The notes under the pieces are model-generated. The model was not told where the DNA came from. It saw nothing but the letters and a program-made list of their open reading frames with translations, and did no database searches. A stretch of 64,000 bases of DNA from Thalia democratica (lineage: Eukaryota), in NCBI GenBank assembly GCA_965202585.1, contig OZ241829.1, forward strand, positions 13,330,001-13,394,000, written 5' to 3'. Below, piece by piece: positions 47,701 to 62,700 of the stretch. Numbering within the stretch: the first letter of the stretch is position 1; each line of letters starts with the position of its first letter. Position numbers and translations under genes: made by a program.

Positions 47701-50700
47701 CGCCGTCACTTCGATTTCGTAGTGAGAAACTCCTGTTTGGTTGAGATTTATTTGGAAGATTAAAAAATTAGTTTTATGAATAGTAAAAAGTTGTTTTTTT
47801 ATTATTAATTTGCCTGTTTTTGCTGATATTTAATAATAAACTCAAAACAGATTTGTACTTTCAAAATTTTAGTAAGCTGCTTATATTTAACTTAGGTATT
47901 TTTTATAAAAGTATTACAACTTATCATTTGTTTTTAGCTATGTAATTTAAAATAAACAAAAAGTTGCTAACCGTGTGCCTCTTTCCAAGAAAATTGTATG
48001 GTTGTCGTGGTCACGAGGTCTATATCTATTTCAGTTGGCGGCAGAGGAACTAAAAAAATGATTAAATGTTACTGATGTTTTCAGTTTTTCAAATTGGTTC
48101 GACTACCAACAGTCGTATCTTAAAAACTCCTACTACCACTTCAAAGTACAAACAGTGTACACACCTTAAAGTAACATAAACAAAGCTAATAACTATATTT
48201 ATTACGTGTATAAACTATTAAAAGGGTCTTTGTAGTGCTGGTAAAAAACGTTTTACGACTCTAAGATACTTTTAAAAAAAGCAGAACAATAAGGACACTA
48301 AACAAAGTATTTTTATTAAATGGGATATTTTAAAGCAATTAATAGAATGTACCCGTTTGTACAGAAGCTAGTTCTTCCGGGTGTCGGTTGGTGAGGTCGT
48401 CCAGTCCTATCGAGACGACGTAGAACGAGTACCAGTGACCCGCCCTCAGTGTTCGGATGATCGAGTTCGTGGAAGATGTCTGGATGACGTGTTCCTCGTC
48501 ATCGTACATCTTGCTCTTCGCGATCAGCTGGTAAGATTGCGATCCTGTTGGTGGTTTGTTAGTTTAAATAAAAAATATTGATTCTAAAAACATTTTTTTA
48601 TCACAAACTTAATTTTTAGGATGTTTTACTAAGTAAACTTGAAAAGTTTAGGTACGAAATATTATTAGGATAAAAGTTATGTTTGAGATAGAAATTACTA
48701 AATTGTTTTTTTTTATGGTCAAGTTTCAAAAATTAAAATACGTAACAGATTATGTACATTTCATTACAGTCGCGACGCTTCTAAAATGTTTAGTTGTCGT
48801 TATATTAGTTCAATTTTTTGTTAAAAAAGAAGAATCAATTCTTACTGAAACTAGTTTCACATGAAAATAGCTTTTATAAATTAAGTACTTAAACTTTGTG
48901 TCTAATTATAGTACTTTGAACAAGTAAATGATAAGTTTTTAACTATAAGCTTTATAATAAAAATAAAACAGAAAGTTTTCTTACAGCTTTTCTATTGTAG
49001 TCCAAACTAAAACTAAAATTTATAATTACTGATTAAAAATTTAGGAGTTTGTACAAATGTTTGTCATTAAAACTTTATAGGTAACAATTTTATTCGGTTA
49101 TTTAAAATTTTGTCATTTCAATTTAACGTTACCAAGATAAATAGTGCTTTAAAATGTTTATAAACAAATAGATAAGCATTGACACATTTGATTGATTATA
49201 AGCTTAACATTAAAAAATTGTTTTATTCTTGACATAATACAAAAGTTTATAAAAATAACTATAAATTACTAATTAATTTAGTTATTACTAATTATAACTA
49301 TTATTCCATGCAATGATAACAAAACCTTTTACTAGCAACTTTGTAATTAAAGTATTTAAAGTTTACCCTTATAGTAAACTCCAAATACATTAATAAAAAT
49401 GTTAATAATAGGCGGAAAAATCTGCTTACTTTCAATTTATTTTAATCCGCTGCAAATGCCGTTTGTCTTTAAAAGCCCGAGGGTGTCTAACCAAGACAAA
49501 TTACATAAATGTATCCCTTTTGTATCAAATTAAACGCGCTAAACTTTGATTTATATATAAATTTCGTCTTTTTAGCATAACGGTTAATTGAAGTGTTGCT
49601 AAAATATTTTTTTCGCAGAATGCATTAAGCGTCGGAGCAAAACTGTTTTTTAAATCGCAAACATTTAAAAAAAAGTATAAAATTTTTAGAGTCTGCAGCA
49701 AAAGCTTAGTTTTTTTATGAACAATATTTAAATCAAGGTACCAAACATACAGCTACAGTAATAAATACGAAAGCTTTTTACAAACCTTTTAAACTGTAAA
49801 CTAGTATTATTAAATTAAAAACGCACAAGAAGAATTTCGACAACTTAATTGCTTCCTCAACAAATTTTGTAGCAAACACGTTATCAGTTGCTGGCTGTCA
49901 AAATTTATGTAACCAGATACATCGTGGGATTATTTTAATAAAATTTAATGCGCTACCGTGTATTCGGTTAACAAGTAATATAGCCTGTGAGAGCGCATAA
50001 AGTATTTGTTGAAATAAGTTAATTTGATAAATATTTCTGAGCGTAGTTTGGACAGCTTTGGTGGATAAAATTGAGTAATTGCACTTCAATTTGTTTTACA
50101 GAAAGATAGAGAAACGTATTGTTACCTTGCGATGCGTTCCAGGATGCCTGAATTGAGTTTTCTTTGATGTCGGTAATGGCCACGTTTGTAACCGTCTCCG
50201 GCACTAAAAATACATTAAGTTGACCATATGAATTTACATCAAAGATAAATATAAATTAAATGAAATGTGGGTTTACGAAAGAAGTTTTCAATATAGAACT
50301 TTAAATGAAAAGTTATATCGTTTCTTTATATTAAATTATCTTTAGAAGTAATTTGTGTTAACTTGAGAATAATAGTCTTGACAATTTAGAAAATATATTG
50401 TTACTATTATATTTAGAAGTTTAAAAGATAAATTTAAAAAAATAAGAATTAGCGTTTGCTAAATCTAGTTAGTAGATAAGTTTACTCGATTTTACCAAAA
50501 CTAAATTAAAATTTTACACGTTAATTAGAAAAATAATTTTACGTAAAAGCATCTTTAAAACTAAAAACTTTTATTACCAAATTCACGACTACTGTTTTTT
50601 CAATCTGTCAGGTTCACTTAATTATCATTTTATCAATCAACTAACATTGATATTCTTGTAATAAAAAAAATTAAGGTCCTTTTTAACTCTGTTCATTTTT

Positions 50701-53700
50701 ATTTTTTTAATAAAATTTTTAGTTTAGTTATTTTTTTTCCTTCAACTAACAAGTAGCATGTTGAACCAGTTCGCTCTCCGCACTCCTGATACCCGTCTCC
50801 CCTACTCCCACCACCCCAAACTCGTACCGTTGCCCCGGCGACAATGACCTCGCCACCAGGGGGCTCCTCCTCCCTGCCAGCTGCTGCACCACGTCACCTT
50901 CTTGATACAATGTGACGTCATAAAGAAGCCGATCGTCGTTGGTCCAGTTGAGTTTTAGTGATTGAGTTTCAACTTGCACAACTTCGACGTTTTCGGGACT
51001 TTCCGGAGCTGTTTTCATTTGTTTGTATTTTTTGTTTAATGAGTTGTTTATCTTTAAACTGTAATTTTTATGTATTTTTTTTGTTTGGTGCTGACTTTGT
51101 TTGTACTTTTTTTATCGTCAGTAAACAGTATGCTAATTGTAGATTAAAGTATGGAAAAAAATGCATATTTAAGTAGTAAATTAAAAGGTTATTATCAAGC
51201 ACTTATGTTTGATGAAAATATATTTACACATTTTATTAAAAAATATAATGTTTTTGAAGCTATCATTATATACTAAGAGGTATAAAAATATATTTTAAAG
51301 CTAAACTTAAAATCGACTAGTTCAAAGATTTAGAATAGTGTTATATAATTTTTCTATAAATCATGTTATTTTGAAAAATCAAAAACAATAATATAGCTTA
51401 ATACCGATTTGAACCAGTATTGGGCTGCTCCCGTTTTCGTTTTTAACTTGGTTGACGCCAATGGAGTAAACAGAGAATGTGTACTTTTCGGCAGACAGCA
51501 GATTGTTGACGGTTATGTTGGAATATTCGGTTGAAAACAAGCTGATTTCGCCAGCGTACGTAACTTCTACATCGTATTTCACAACACCTGTGACATATTT
51601 CATTTTATACATATTTTTTATGTCAGATAATGTAAACACTGATAAACAAGCACTATGTTTTCCAAAAATTATTTACAAACATTAAGTTATTTGTACTTAA
51701 AATATTTATTAATGTCAGATGCATAAATACTGGTAAAAATACATCAGGTTTTTAGTTATAAAATTTAATTTTTTGAATTTTTTTCTTATAACCTTTTACA
51801 AACAAACAAACCTTTCACGTCCGTCCATTCAAAAGTGACGCTTGTGGTTGTTATTTCGACAATTTTCGGTTTCTCCGGAGTTTGACAAACTGCAAAATTG
51901 GATAAGTAGAAGTTTAGGTTGAAAGTTAGATTCTTATCATACACCAAAGCTTTTAAACTATCAGTTACAAACATTCGGGCTTTCAATGTGTGCTTTGATG
52001 GTTTGGAAATAACAATTTAAAAAAATAGTGAAAAGTACCTTTGAAGTAGTTTATATGCTTTATTTTAGAAAAGCACCAAACTTGATGTTTTAAAGTATTG
52101 TCTAAACACAAAGAAACAGAAACATTTTTTTAAATAACTTCAGATAATTATAAAGATGTTGATTTTTTTTAAGCTTGTTCTGAATCAAATATAAATTTAT
52201 TTTTTAAGGAAAAACGTCTCTAAATTTGACGTTAAACGTGATTTCAAACAATGGATTTTGTATTTAGTTATTTTTATTAAATAATTGAAAATTTTATTAT
52301 ATCATAAATTTACTGGGTTAATCTAGCTGTTTACAAAATAAAAAACATTTGGATAAAAAACTTTTCAAAATGTTTGTAACAGTTTATGTTATTCATATAA
52401 AGCAAACAAATACAGTTTATAAAACCCAAGTTAAATGTTTTACAAGGTATTAAATAGAGTAATACAGTCAATTTTGTTTAAAACAAGATTAAAGATTGAA
52501 AGTTTAGTTGCATGTATTGAAGACTATTGAAAAATAATTTTTTAGTCTTGTATTTATAACTGGTTTTTTAACTACTCAAACATTTCAAACTAGTTTAATA
52601 ATTACTTGTAAACATTTTTAAAAAGAATATGTAAAACTATTATTGTAATACGAAGCTAAAAACTTTATGAAAAATCAAAACAATTCTATTAAAAACATCA
52701 AAAATAAATTTTACTTTTCTTCTGTTGTTTTTTTTTAGTCATAAAATAAATTGAAAACAGAGCTTATCAAAAAATTATGTTATCATAAGTAAAATAAAAC
52801 TGATTAAAACAACTTTTAATTTTGCTTAAGATTAAGTCTGATCCTGTTTTTCGGTATAAACTCAAAACCAAAAAATACATACCATAGTTATCTTTTAAAA
52901 AGTTTTAGATTTTTTGATTTCGTAATACATGGAAGTTTGTTCAAAAGCTTAACAGCAGTTTGTTTTTAAAAATAAACGTTTTGTCTTCCCAAAGAGTTTT
53001 AGCTAACATATAAAAGTACAGTTGAAAATGTTTAAATTCTGCTAAATAAACATTATAAAAGGTTTGAAGCTTTTCAAACAGTAGACATTTAAAACCTTAA
53101 GTTAACTACATTTTATCAACTTTGTTATAAAATATTATTTATTTTATTCAAAAGCAAGAAGAATTACAAATAAATAAGTATGCTGTTAAAAGTTACGTAA
53201 TAAAAGATTTTTTTGAACAAGTATTTGTAAATATTAACCTCAAAACTATCTCAAAGTTTTTTGAAATAGTTAAACCAGCTTTCAAAGTTTGATTAGTTAA
53301 GATAAATCTTCGTTTAAACCATAAAAACCAGAATATTTAAAATTTTACTAAAATAATTAGCCTGGTATACCAAAGACGCTAGTTTTAAAATTTATTGAAG
53401 TTTAATCTGCACTAAGCTTAAACTAAATTAGGACGAAATATTTATTATAATTTGAAATAAGTGTGTATATTTTTTAAATTCCCATTATAATCTCATTAGT
53501 AATAAAAATACAAATCAGCTAAATTGTAAGTGTGGGACGAAAAACTCTATAATAAAAGCATAATTTATAACACCTAGTTATACGATTTTTAGTAAACAAA
53601 CAATATGAAAATTTTATTTAAAATAAAGCAATAATAATTTTTTTTTTAGTTTTCATGTATAATTTTTATGTTTTTAGCATACAGTGAAAATAAAAAAACA

Positions 53701-56700
53701 AACATAAAACTTGCACATTATATTGGTCACAAGCTAAAATAAAAAAACGGAACTAAAAGTCTGATTAATCTAGGAAACTAAAAATACAGCTGTACTTAAA
53801 TTCTATTAAAGCTTGATAAGGAACTAAAAAATTCAAAAACTATTTTACTATCAAAAATAAAATTCAAACATGGGGAATTTGAACACGAAATAATAGTCAT
53901 ATTCGTACGCACCTGTGTTGACCTGTGCTACCTCGCTCGCTTCGCTGAACCTGCCACTCTGCTGACCCCTAGTGACCACTCTCACGTGGTACTCCGTTCC
54001 CGCCGTCATGCCCTCGAATTTGTATTGTGACGTCATAAGTTGCTCGACCTTGACGTCTTCTTCCCCGTCCGCTGACGTCACGTAGACGTCGTACCCGTTC
54101 GATCCTGTGCGTTGTAACGTCATATAAAAAAAGCTGTAATACTTGATCTAAATAAACATCGGAGTTATTTTAGAGTCTTTTATGAGAACCAATAAGTAAA
54201 AACTTATTTTGTTGGGACAAATTATATAAAAAACATTCTCTGTTTTATATAAGAACTATACAAATGTTTCAGTTAATGTGTTTTTTAATGACGCTTAGAA
54301 GTTATATAGTTACTTATTTATAAATGTTTCAATTTTATAAGCTGTTTATAAATATCTAACCAAAAACTGAGTTCCAAGACACAGTAAACGAAGAAACGGT
54401 CACATCAGAGAAGGTAGGAGTATCCGGTGATAAAGGAGCTGTAATGTTTTATTGAAAGTATTATTAAACATCGTAAATCTGAAGGACTTACATGCTACTA
54501 AAAGAAAATAAACAAAAAATAACGATCAAGAATAAACATTACCAGTCTGTATTGTCAATGTGGGACTTGCTCTACTGTTTTCGATGCCGGTCATAGAAAC
54601 AGAATACAACTCGAAGTCGTAGAACCTGCCTGCCACGAGATTTTCAATCAGAACTTCTGCATCGTTTATTTCCAAAACTTTTTCTCCGTCGGGTGTCGTC
54701 GTAACCAAGTTGTATTTCAACGCGCCTGAATTATAATATTTGTTTAACTAAGTATAAAGCTGTTAGCATTAAGTTTAATTGTGTATAATTTTAGTTGTAT
54801 ATAAACTTGAAACTACAAAACAAAAAAAGGTCGGTTTAAAGCTAACTTGTTACTTTAGCTGGTTTAATTAACTTTAATTGTTTATGTTTACGAAAATGAA
54901 GAGCTGTAACTTAAGTAAAAAAGTGATAGCTAAAATTGGGAAAGTGAGTAAACCATACCTTTTGGTTCTGTCCAACTCAAGAGCATTTGGTTTGTGGTAA
55001 TGTTATCGGCTGTAATTACATCCACAGGCTCAGGAACTGAAAATAAAAAGTTAATTTATTAAGTGCTTTTGTTGAAAAAACACTAAAGTAACTATAGTTT
55101 ATAGTTCAACAAATTATAAAAACAGTAATTTACATGTACAAAACACATTTTCTTGAATAATAATTGAAAAAATGAACTTGTTATAAAATTCTTTAGGCAA
55201 TAAACACATTTTTAACTCTTAAACATTTTCAATAAACAATTATGTAAGTAACGATTTGTTTTTATGTTATTTAATTTTGAGTACAGTGGTTAAAAAATTA
55301 TGTTTAGCATAGTAAAAACCTTTTTTTTTTGATCAGTCTAATTTTACCTACAGTAAAGCAGAAAAAACTCAAAAAATTTCATGTGTTTACAAGTATTTAA
55401 GTGCTTACAACTCACGAGTAAACATGTAAGATTTAGACCCTTCAATTTGCACGAGACCGCTCAGATCTTCAACTTTGATCTCAACTTCATACTTGGTACC
55501 ACTCTCCAGGGCGGGAAATGAAACCAACGTGTCAGTTGTCTGTTTTGATTGGACCAAACTAGATGACGTGGATAACCCAATATGGTAGGACGATGCCCCT
55601 GTATGTTTCGTTATAAAAATATTAAAAATTGATTGAAAAAATAATTGTTTACTTATAAAGTAAAAAAAGTTTTAACTTTTAAAAGGTATTGTTAAACCTT
55701 ATGTATATTTTCGTTTTTTTTTGTGCAATCTTTGCAAAGTTATTGCTAAATAAGCTTTTGTACAAACTAAGTTTAGAAAACCAACATTAAAAATTTAAGT
55801 TTAGTGCAAACATTTCATTCATATTTTAAACATAAAATTTCAATTCATACCGTAGACATATACAATTTATTTGTTTTCTACTAGGCAATCCCTTAATTTT
55901 AATGCTAATGATTTAACTACACGCAAGTATATTATTAACAACAAATTTATAACAGACTAACCCTTTGTTGGGTTCCAGCTAATCACCAACGAGCGCTCTT
56001 CAATTTCCACAAAAGTAATGTTTTTCACCAGTGCAGGGGCTAGATAAAATTTCGTTTATTAAAAACATGTTTACTCTTTTCGACGGTTAGTGTGCTAATG
56101 CACAAGAAATGTATTGTGCATTAAATGCGCTCTGTAAATTAGATCGGCGTTTTAGAAGTATCGAAATGACATTTTAAACCCTGTTGTCTAGTTTATTAGC
56201 AATTTTCATGGTTAACATGACGACCTAGTCAAATCATTTTTAAATTTGGCGTTTCGTAAAACAATCGAGTGTTTGTAATGTGTTTTTTAACGTTACCGTA
56301 TTTTTTACTTAAAGTTAAGTAACAGCCAATGTAATTCGTTAAAAGAAATATGTTGTTGTTTTTAACTTTGACACGAAAACAAAAAATAATAAAAATACTT
56401 TATAGAAATTGAAAAATTGACAACAAGATTTATACAGCTATGTACTAAAAATTGCAATATAAAAGTTTAGAGCAAACGTGTAACCTTTTACTTTAGTTCA
56501 AGTTTTAAATCAGTCAAGTTTTGTTTATTTGTGCTAGCTTTACACTTAATGTAAACTTAATATAATTATAACTCGACAAATTTTCATATTAGCACAATAG
56601 TTTCATAATTTAAACTATTGCGCTATTACTTTAAAAGCTTTACTTAAAACCTTATTAAAAGTATATCAGTTCAATTCTTAACCGTTACAACTGAAAATCT

Positions 56701-59700
56701 AAAGAAAGTTACGCTCAGATACTTGTGTTTAGTATTTCTATTATCTACAACCTACTACTCACTTGTCATAACTTTGAGTTCTGAGCTTCCCCTCAAGCTC
56801 AACCGTTGCTTGGCATCAATTGTGTACACGACGAAACTGTACCAAGTTCCTGGCAACAACTCGGTAACCGTCAGGTTGCTTTCAGGGGTCGTGGTTTCCA
56901 TGGGTTCCACCAACACGTCGCTACTGGTAACCACTTTGTATACAGTTGCTCCTATATAATTAAATTAAGTGTTAGCAACCAAAAAAAAAATCCAAGCAAA
57001 TAAAATAATAATTTGATGAAGCAAAATTTAAGTCATGGGAGATTTTTCTTTGTAACGTTTATTAACTTTTAATGAGAAAATTGTGAGGAAAATTAAGCCG
57101 ATTGAATTTACGGTTTAAAAAACGCGTTTTTCTCAAAAATAGCAGCACGTGTCAGAATAAACATGTTAATTGCTCATTTTATTTTGATCATGGTGTAAAT
57201 ACGTGCTAACGACTGTTTCATCTTCTGCTGGTAATTACGCGTTTAATTAAAGCTAATTATATTTGGATTACGCTAACTAGATTAAACTGATACTTGTCAA
57301 CATGAAGTAAAATAATTTTAACTTGTTTATATAAAAAATCTAAATACCACGACTGTTTATATATATTAACTTCAAACTAAAAATGTTTTATATCAAAATT
57401 GCTAAACTTATGAATGTTTTAATAGTGACTTATGAACTAATCAACATTGAAAACTTTTTAATATTAAATATATACCTTTTATATCAGGCCAAACGATAGT
57501 TATTGAGTTTTCTTTTATCAAGTCGACTTCTACTTCTGGCTCCAAAGGAACTGTTAAAGTTATTCATTAAATTAAAATTGAAATAAAAGTTAAGGATAGG
57601 AAAACTTGTAAGGCTTGCTACTGAAAACTTACCATAGAAATTATTAGGAATATTAAAGAAATAAAAAATGTTTAAATCAAACTTACTTGTCGCTTCCTCA
57701 ATTTCGGTTGGCACAACCCCTTTAACGTTGTTAACCCCAACCGGGGTCAGCATGACTCGGAACTGTGTGCCGGAGCTCAACCCTGAGAACTCGATCTCCG
57801 TCTCACTGATCGTCTCTTCCTCTATCAGCTCCTCCTCCTCATACAACTCCAAAGAGTAAAACTTCGCTCCTAAATTGAAAAAAGAATTATTCCGATTAAA
57901 ACATTTTGTGTTTTTTAAATTTATAAAATCAAAAGGAAGTTAATCATACAGAAATTATATTGTACTGTATATTTTTGCTATTAAAAAGCACGATGTTTTT
58001 TAATAAAGCAAAGAAAAAAATAGTTAAATATATAAAACAAAATAAATAAAACATAGAAATAAGCAAAATTAAACAATAAAAGAACTTTATTTAAAATATA
58101 TAAAAAAATATTTTGAATAAAGTTACATATCGAAAGTGGTTAAGTTTTACTTTCTAGTTAAAAATATTTTATTCAAAATATTCAAACCTTTAACTCCACT
58201 CCATTTGAGGCTGATGAGGTCATCGGTGACGTCACTCACAACCAAATCGTCCACTTTCCGCGGTGACGTTACGAAGTCGGTTGCGAGCGAGGGGATTTCC
58301 GCTTTCCCGCCCATCCTGTTGTACGCTTCGGTGAACACGCGGTACCCGGTTCCCGCCTCCAAGCCGTCCAAAGTGGCGTTGTTCGAAGATGCCCTCACTT
58401 CAGTGTCCGAGTTGTCTTCGAGGCGTTTCAGGTGCAGCATGTAGTAGGCAGCACCTGTGTGTTTTGTAATTAGTGTTATTGTGTGTTTGTTTCTATAACT
58501 GGTTTTTCCAAACTTATTTTTGAATAGCAGATAAATAAAAATTAAATGTCTCCATTTATTTATCACCCCTTCACTAGTTAATTATCTATTAAGTTTTCCC
58601 TGCATTACTAGTTTACGCCTTTTAATAGCCGAAATCGCCCGTAAAATGTCGATATTGCCAACTTTGGAAAATCCTGATTTAGGAGCGATTTTGAGTTTAA
58701 AACAACTAAAATGATAAGAACTGAATTTTATTTACCCAAAAAAAAAACAAGTTGTGAACTCCAATTGCTTTTTATCTAAAGAACACAAAAAAAGTTTTTA
58801 TAATAACTTTTAAAAAACCACTGTCGTTTTTAATTTTTATAAAATTTCACAGTTTAGAAAAAACATATTAAAACTGAAAGTATATATTACCGTTACTGCA
58901 AAGTAAATTTTTAAGCCACCATAAAATTTGTAATAAGTACTTAAACGCCCAAAACTCAGCACGACTTTAAACTTGAAATTACGACATACAAAAGAAAAAA
59001 CTCAAGCTGCAGTAAGCCGAGTAATTTCGGGTCGGTAAGCGCAAAATAGCGGATTATCATCGGGGGTTTTACCGCAGCTGAAACTGAACGTACCTGCCGC
59101 CTCGGGCCATTGCAGATCGACGAAATGCACGTGAACTTGAGATGTCTCAGCTTTTCCCGGGTTTTCTGGCACTGTGAAAAGTATCAAACGTTTTTACTTG
59201 GTTTACTTACTTAAAATTTAAGGATTAAAGTTCAAATTTTGTAGTTAAAAGTATTTCAATCCTTTATTGCTATCACATGTGTTAAAACCATTAAGTGCGT
59301 ATAAAGTTGGTAATTTTAATCAATGGTTTGAAGTTATAACGCTTTTAGAATTTATATAAAAACAACATCTTTTGCTAAGCTTATTCAAACAATGGATTAA
59401 AATATTTTTCTACTTTGAAAACTAATAAATCTGTTTTCGTAGTAAACAACTTTTAAAGGCATTTAAATATAAAAATCACAAAACATCATTTTAAAGCTTG
59501 AGTTGACAACCAATGGGTCATGAATTCAAGTTATCGCTTCAAAGGCTTTAAATTATAAAAACTTTTACAGTTAATTTAAAAAACGTCTTTTGCTATGCAT
59601 TCTTATACTCTGGTTTTTCTTTTCAAAAATTATCAGACCTTTTTCTAAGTAAACAACTTTAAAAAGCATCAAAATTAAAAACAAACAAAAAATCATCTTG

Positions 59701-62700
59701 TTAACAAACTAACGGGTCATCAGCTCCACATGACCGCCCCTCTCGCTAATCGTGGACCAGCTGGGGCTGATGGTCTGCACGGTGATCCTGTAGAACGTCC
59801 CGGGTTCCAGCTTGTCCCTCAGGTTTGCCTCGCTGGTGGTGTAGTTCTTCTGGTAGAAGTCGTAGTAGTTGCTCTCTTCGTCCACAGTCTGCGCGGTGAC
59901 CAGGTAGGCCGCTGCGTCTGTTGGCAACACAAGTATAAATATAGATATTTGGTGGAAGTGTTCGAAAGACTGTTAGTATTGCGCGCTTGCGTTTGAAAGT
60001 GCATCTTTTGTTTTAAGTTTTAACGTGAGTTTACCGTTAGATTGTTTTCTTATAGAAATAAAATTTAATAAACCATAAAATACACTTAATTGATTTCAAT
60101 GATTATAAATTCATAAAACAACTTTTGTTAATATTTTTTTTGAAAGTTTATAAGACAGCTGCATCTGTTTGAAGTACAAACATAAATGATATGAAAGGTC
60201 ATACGCTTATAAATGTAATGTGAAAGTTTAAAAGAATGTTGTTGTTGTTGTTGCGTTTTAAAGTGCTTCTTTTGTTTGAAAGTGTTTTTGGTTTATTTCG
60301 GTTTTAAAAAGAATACAAAGTAGATACAAACTGAAGTTTCTTTTGCTTCTTTTTTTTAATAGTTAGTTTTTTGTTTTTGTGGATTTACAGTTTTATTTCT
60401 TAAATAAAAACTATCGTTGACCATAAAATAAAGTTTGATAATTTATAAATTTTTATTTTTTAATTTTTGTCAATAAGTTATGTTAATATTTTAAAAAGCT
60501 TAAATTTTAGTCACCCACAGAAAAAAACAATGAAATAAAGCTTAAGTGAGACTATATCATTACAACTTGCGCATGGTCGAAACTTTTATACAAAAAAAAA
60601 GTTATAAATTCTTAAAGCGACTTGAAAAGAAATAAAATCAATGTAATCAAACTTCACACAAAAAACTCAACAAACTTGGAACTTCGTCCCAGCCCACGTA
60701 GACGGACGTGGCGTCGTGCGACCACTTCCACATTTCCGCTGGGGGCGTCATCGCCGTCATGGCAACGACTATTGGGGCGGGCTTGGTGTTGGCGCGGGTG
60801 TGGCCCACCGAGTACACGGTCATGTTATACCTGGTCCCCGGTCGCAAGTCCTCCAATAAGATCTGGTTGGTGCTGGTTTCGAGTTCGGTCGACTCTACTG
60901 GGCTGTTGACTTCCACGATGAACGATTTGGCTCCTGGTTGGAAAAAAAATAATGTTTATTTTTAAATTTGATCGGCTAAAAAACTTAATAAAAGTTTATG
61001 ATTTTTTTAGTTTATCATCGTTATAACTTGAACTAAAAGTTTTCTATTTTAAACTTGAACGATTATTTTTATGACCATTAGTTGATTCTAGGTGTCAAAG
61101 TAAAATTACTAATGAGATATAAATATAATTTTTTTTAACTATTTCCATAGTTTAAGGTAAACATAAATAAAAGTTAAAATGTCTAAATAATATATTCAAA
61201 CAGTAATAAAACAAATTGTTTAAGTTAAGAAAAATGAACTTACCGTTTACTTTGTTCCAAGAAACTTCGAGTTTTGTTGATTCAACTCTCGTTATTTTCG
61301 GCTTATTTGGAGGAAGAGGATCTTAACATTTATTTTTAATTTCAAACAAAAATTAAGATAAAACAAATAAGTAATTTACAATTGCTCAAGTGTATAAACA
61401 AAACTTAACACAAAAACAAGATAAAACAAGATATAATCTGAAACTTGTGCAAACTTCATTTTGATGCATGTTGTGTTAATTTTAACATTTGAACTTTGCG
61501 TGCACTACATAGTAATTATTAATGTATAAATATTTATCATAAACTGTCAAGTAATCAGACAGATAACAGTTTTTAGTAAAGATAACTTCAAACTTAAGTT
61601 GTGAGTAATATTTTTAAGTTTTTTTCTCTTTGACAGTATTTATTAAACATCATTTACTTAACTTTAATTTCTTTCGAAACTTTTTGTTTTCAAATTAAAA
61701 ATGGATTAATTTTATTTTTCCGTAAAGTTTTAAAACAAAACTGTTTTAATTAGATAAAAAATTGCAAAGTTTTTATGTTATTGGTTTATAACTCAGTGCA
61801 CGCAATTTTACTTTTTACTCAACTAGCCAAAATAAATTTTATGTAGAAACAAACAAGCATTACTTTAACTCGTTTAATCAAAATCAGTATTCAACTTTGA
61901 CCGAGGTAGACGTCGATTTTCTTCGTGAGAAAATAAAAAAAAAAGTTAAGTTTATTGTTGGTTTAAAAATACTTTATTCGATTTTTTTCTTATATTCAAA
62001 ATTAAGGAATGGTCAACCAAATGAATTAAAAAAATGATAAAATAAATAAAACCAAAGGGCTAACATGTTTTGATTTATCTAAAGTTAAAATTCAAAACAA
62101 ACCTAGGTACACGTCAATCCTCTTTGTTGGGAACCCGACCCTCCTGAAATCGTGTCCCACTGCCCTCACCTCCACCTGGTACCTCCCACCCGCCTTCAGC
62201 CACCTCACAGTGGACCACACCCCTCCCATGTTCAGCTGCTTCACACGTTTGTTAGTTTGGTAGTCGTACACGTTCACCAGGTAGTTGCGCGCACCTGTTG
62301 TCGAAATGTTAAGTTTATAGTAAGTTTATTAATTTTAGTAAAGCAAAAAAAAGAAAAGTTATAATGGAATGTTTTCAACGTTTTCAATAAAATGTGTGTA
62401 ACTTTACATAAAAAATCAAAACTTGGCGAAATGATAAAGGATTGTTATTAGTATGTTGGTTTTGGTAACATAAATAAAAGTAAAATTTTTTTCAAAATCA
62501 ATGGTACTTTGTGTAAACTAATAAGTGTTTGAAAAATGTTTTTTTTTATTTTTTACATAGTCAGTTGTATCAAAAAAAACTTACTATAACTTTTGTTGAA
62601 GACTGATAAAAAACTACTCCAAACGTTGAGTATCAAAAAGAGTTTATTAAAAAAAAACATTTTAAAATCTAACCGTACACTCTAAGCCAAGAAACACTGA

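Noticed and set aside
56683-58895. Two microexon-like AG|...TAACG|GT motifs (8 nt at 56683-56690; 5 nt at 58891-58895)
   Set aside because: Both would shift the frame and are short enough to arise by chance in introns rich in ttttcag and gtta; there is no supporting evidence without reads.
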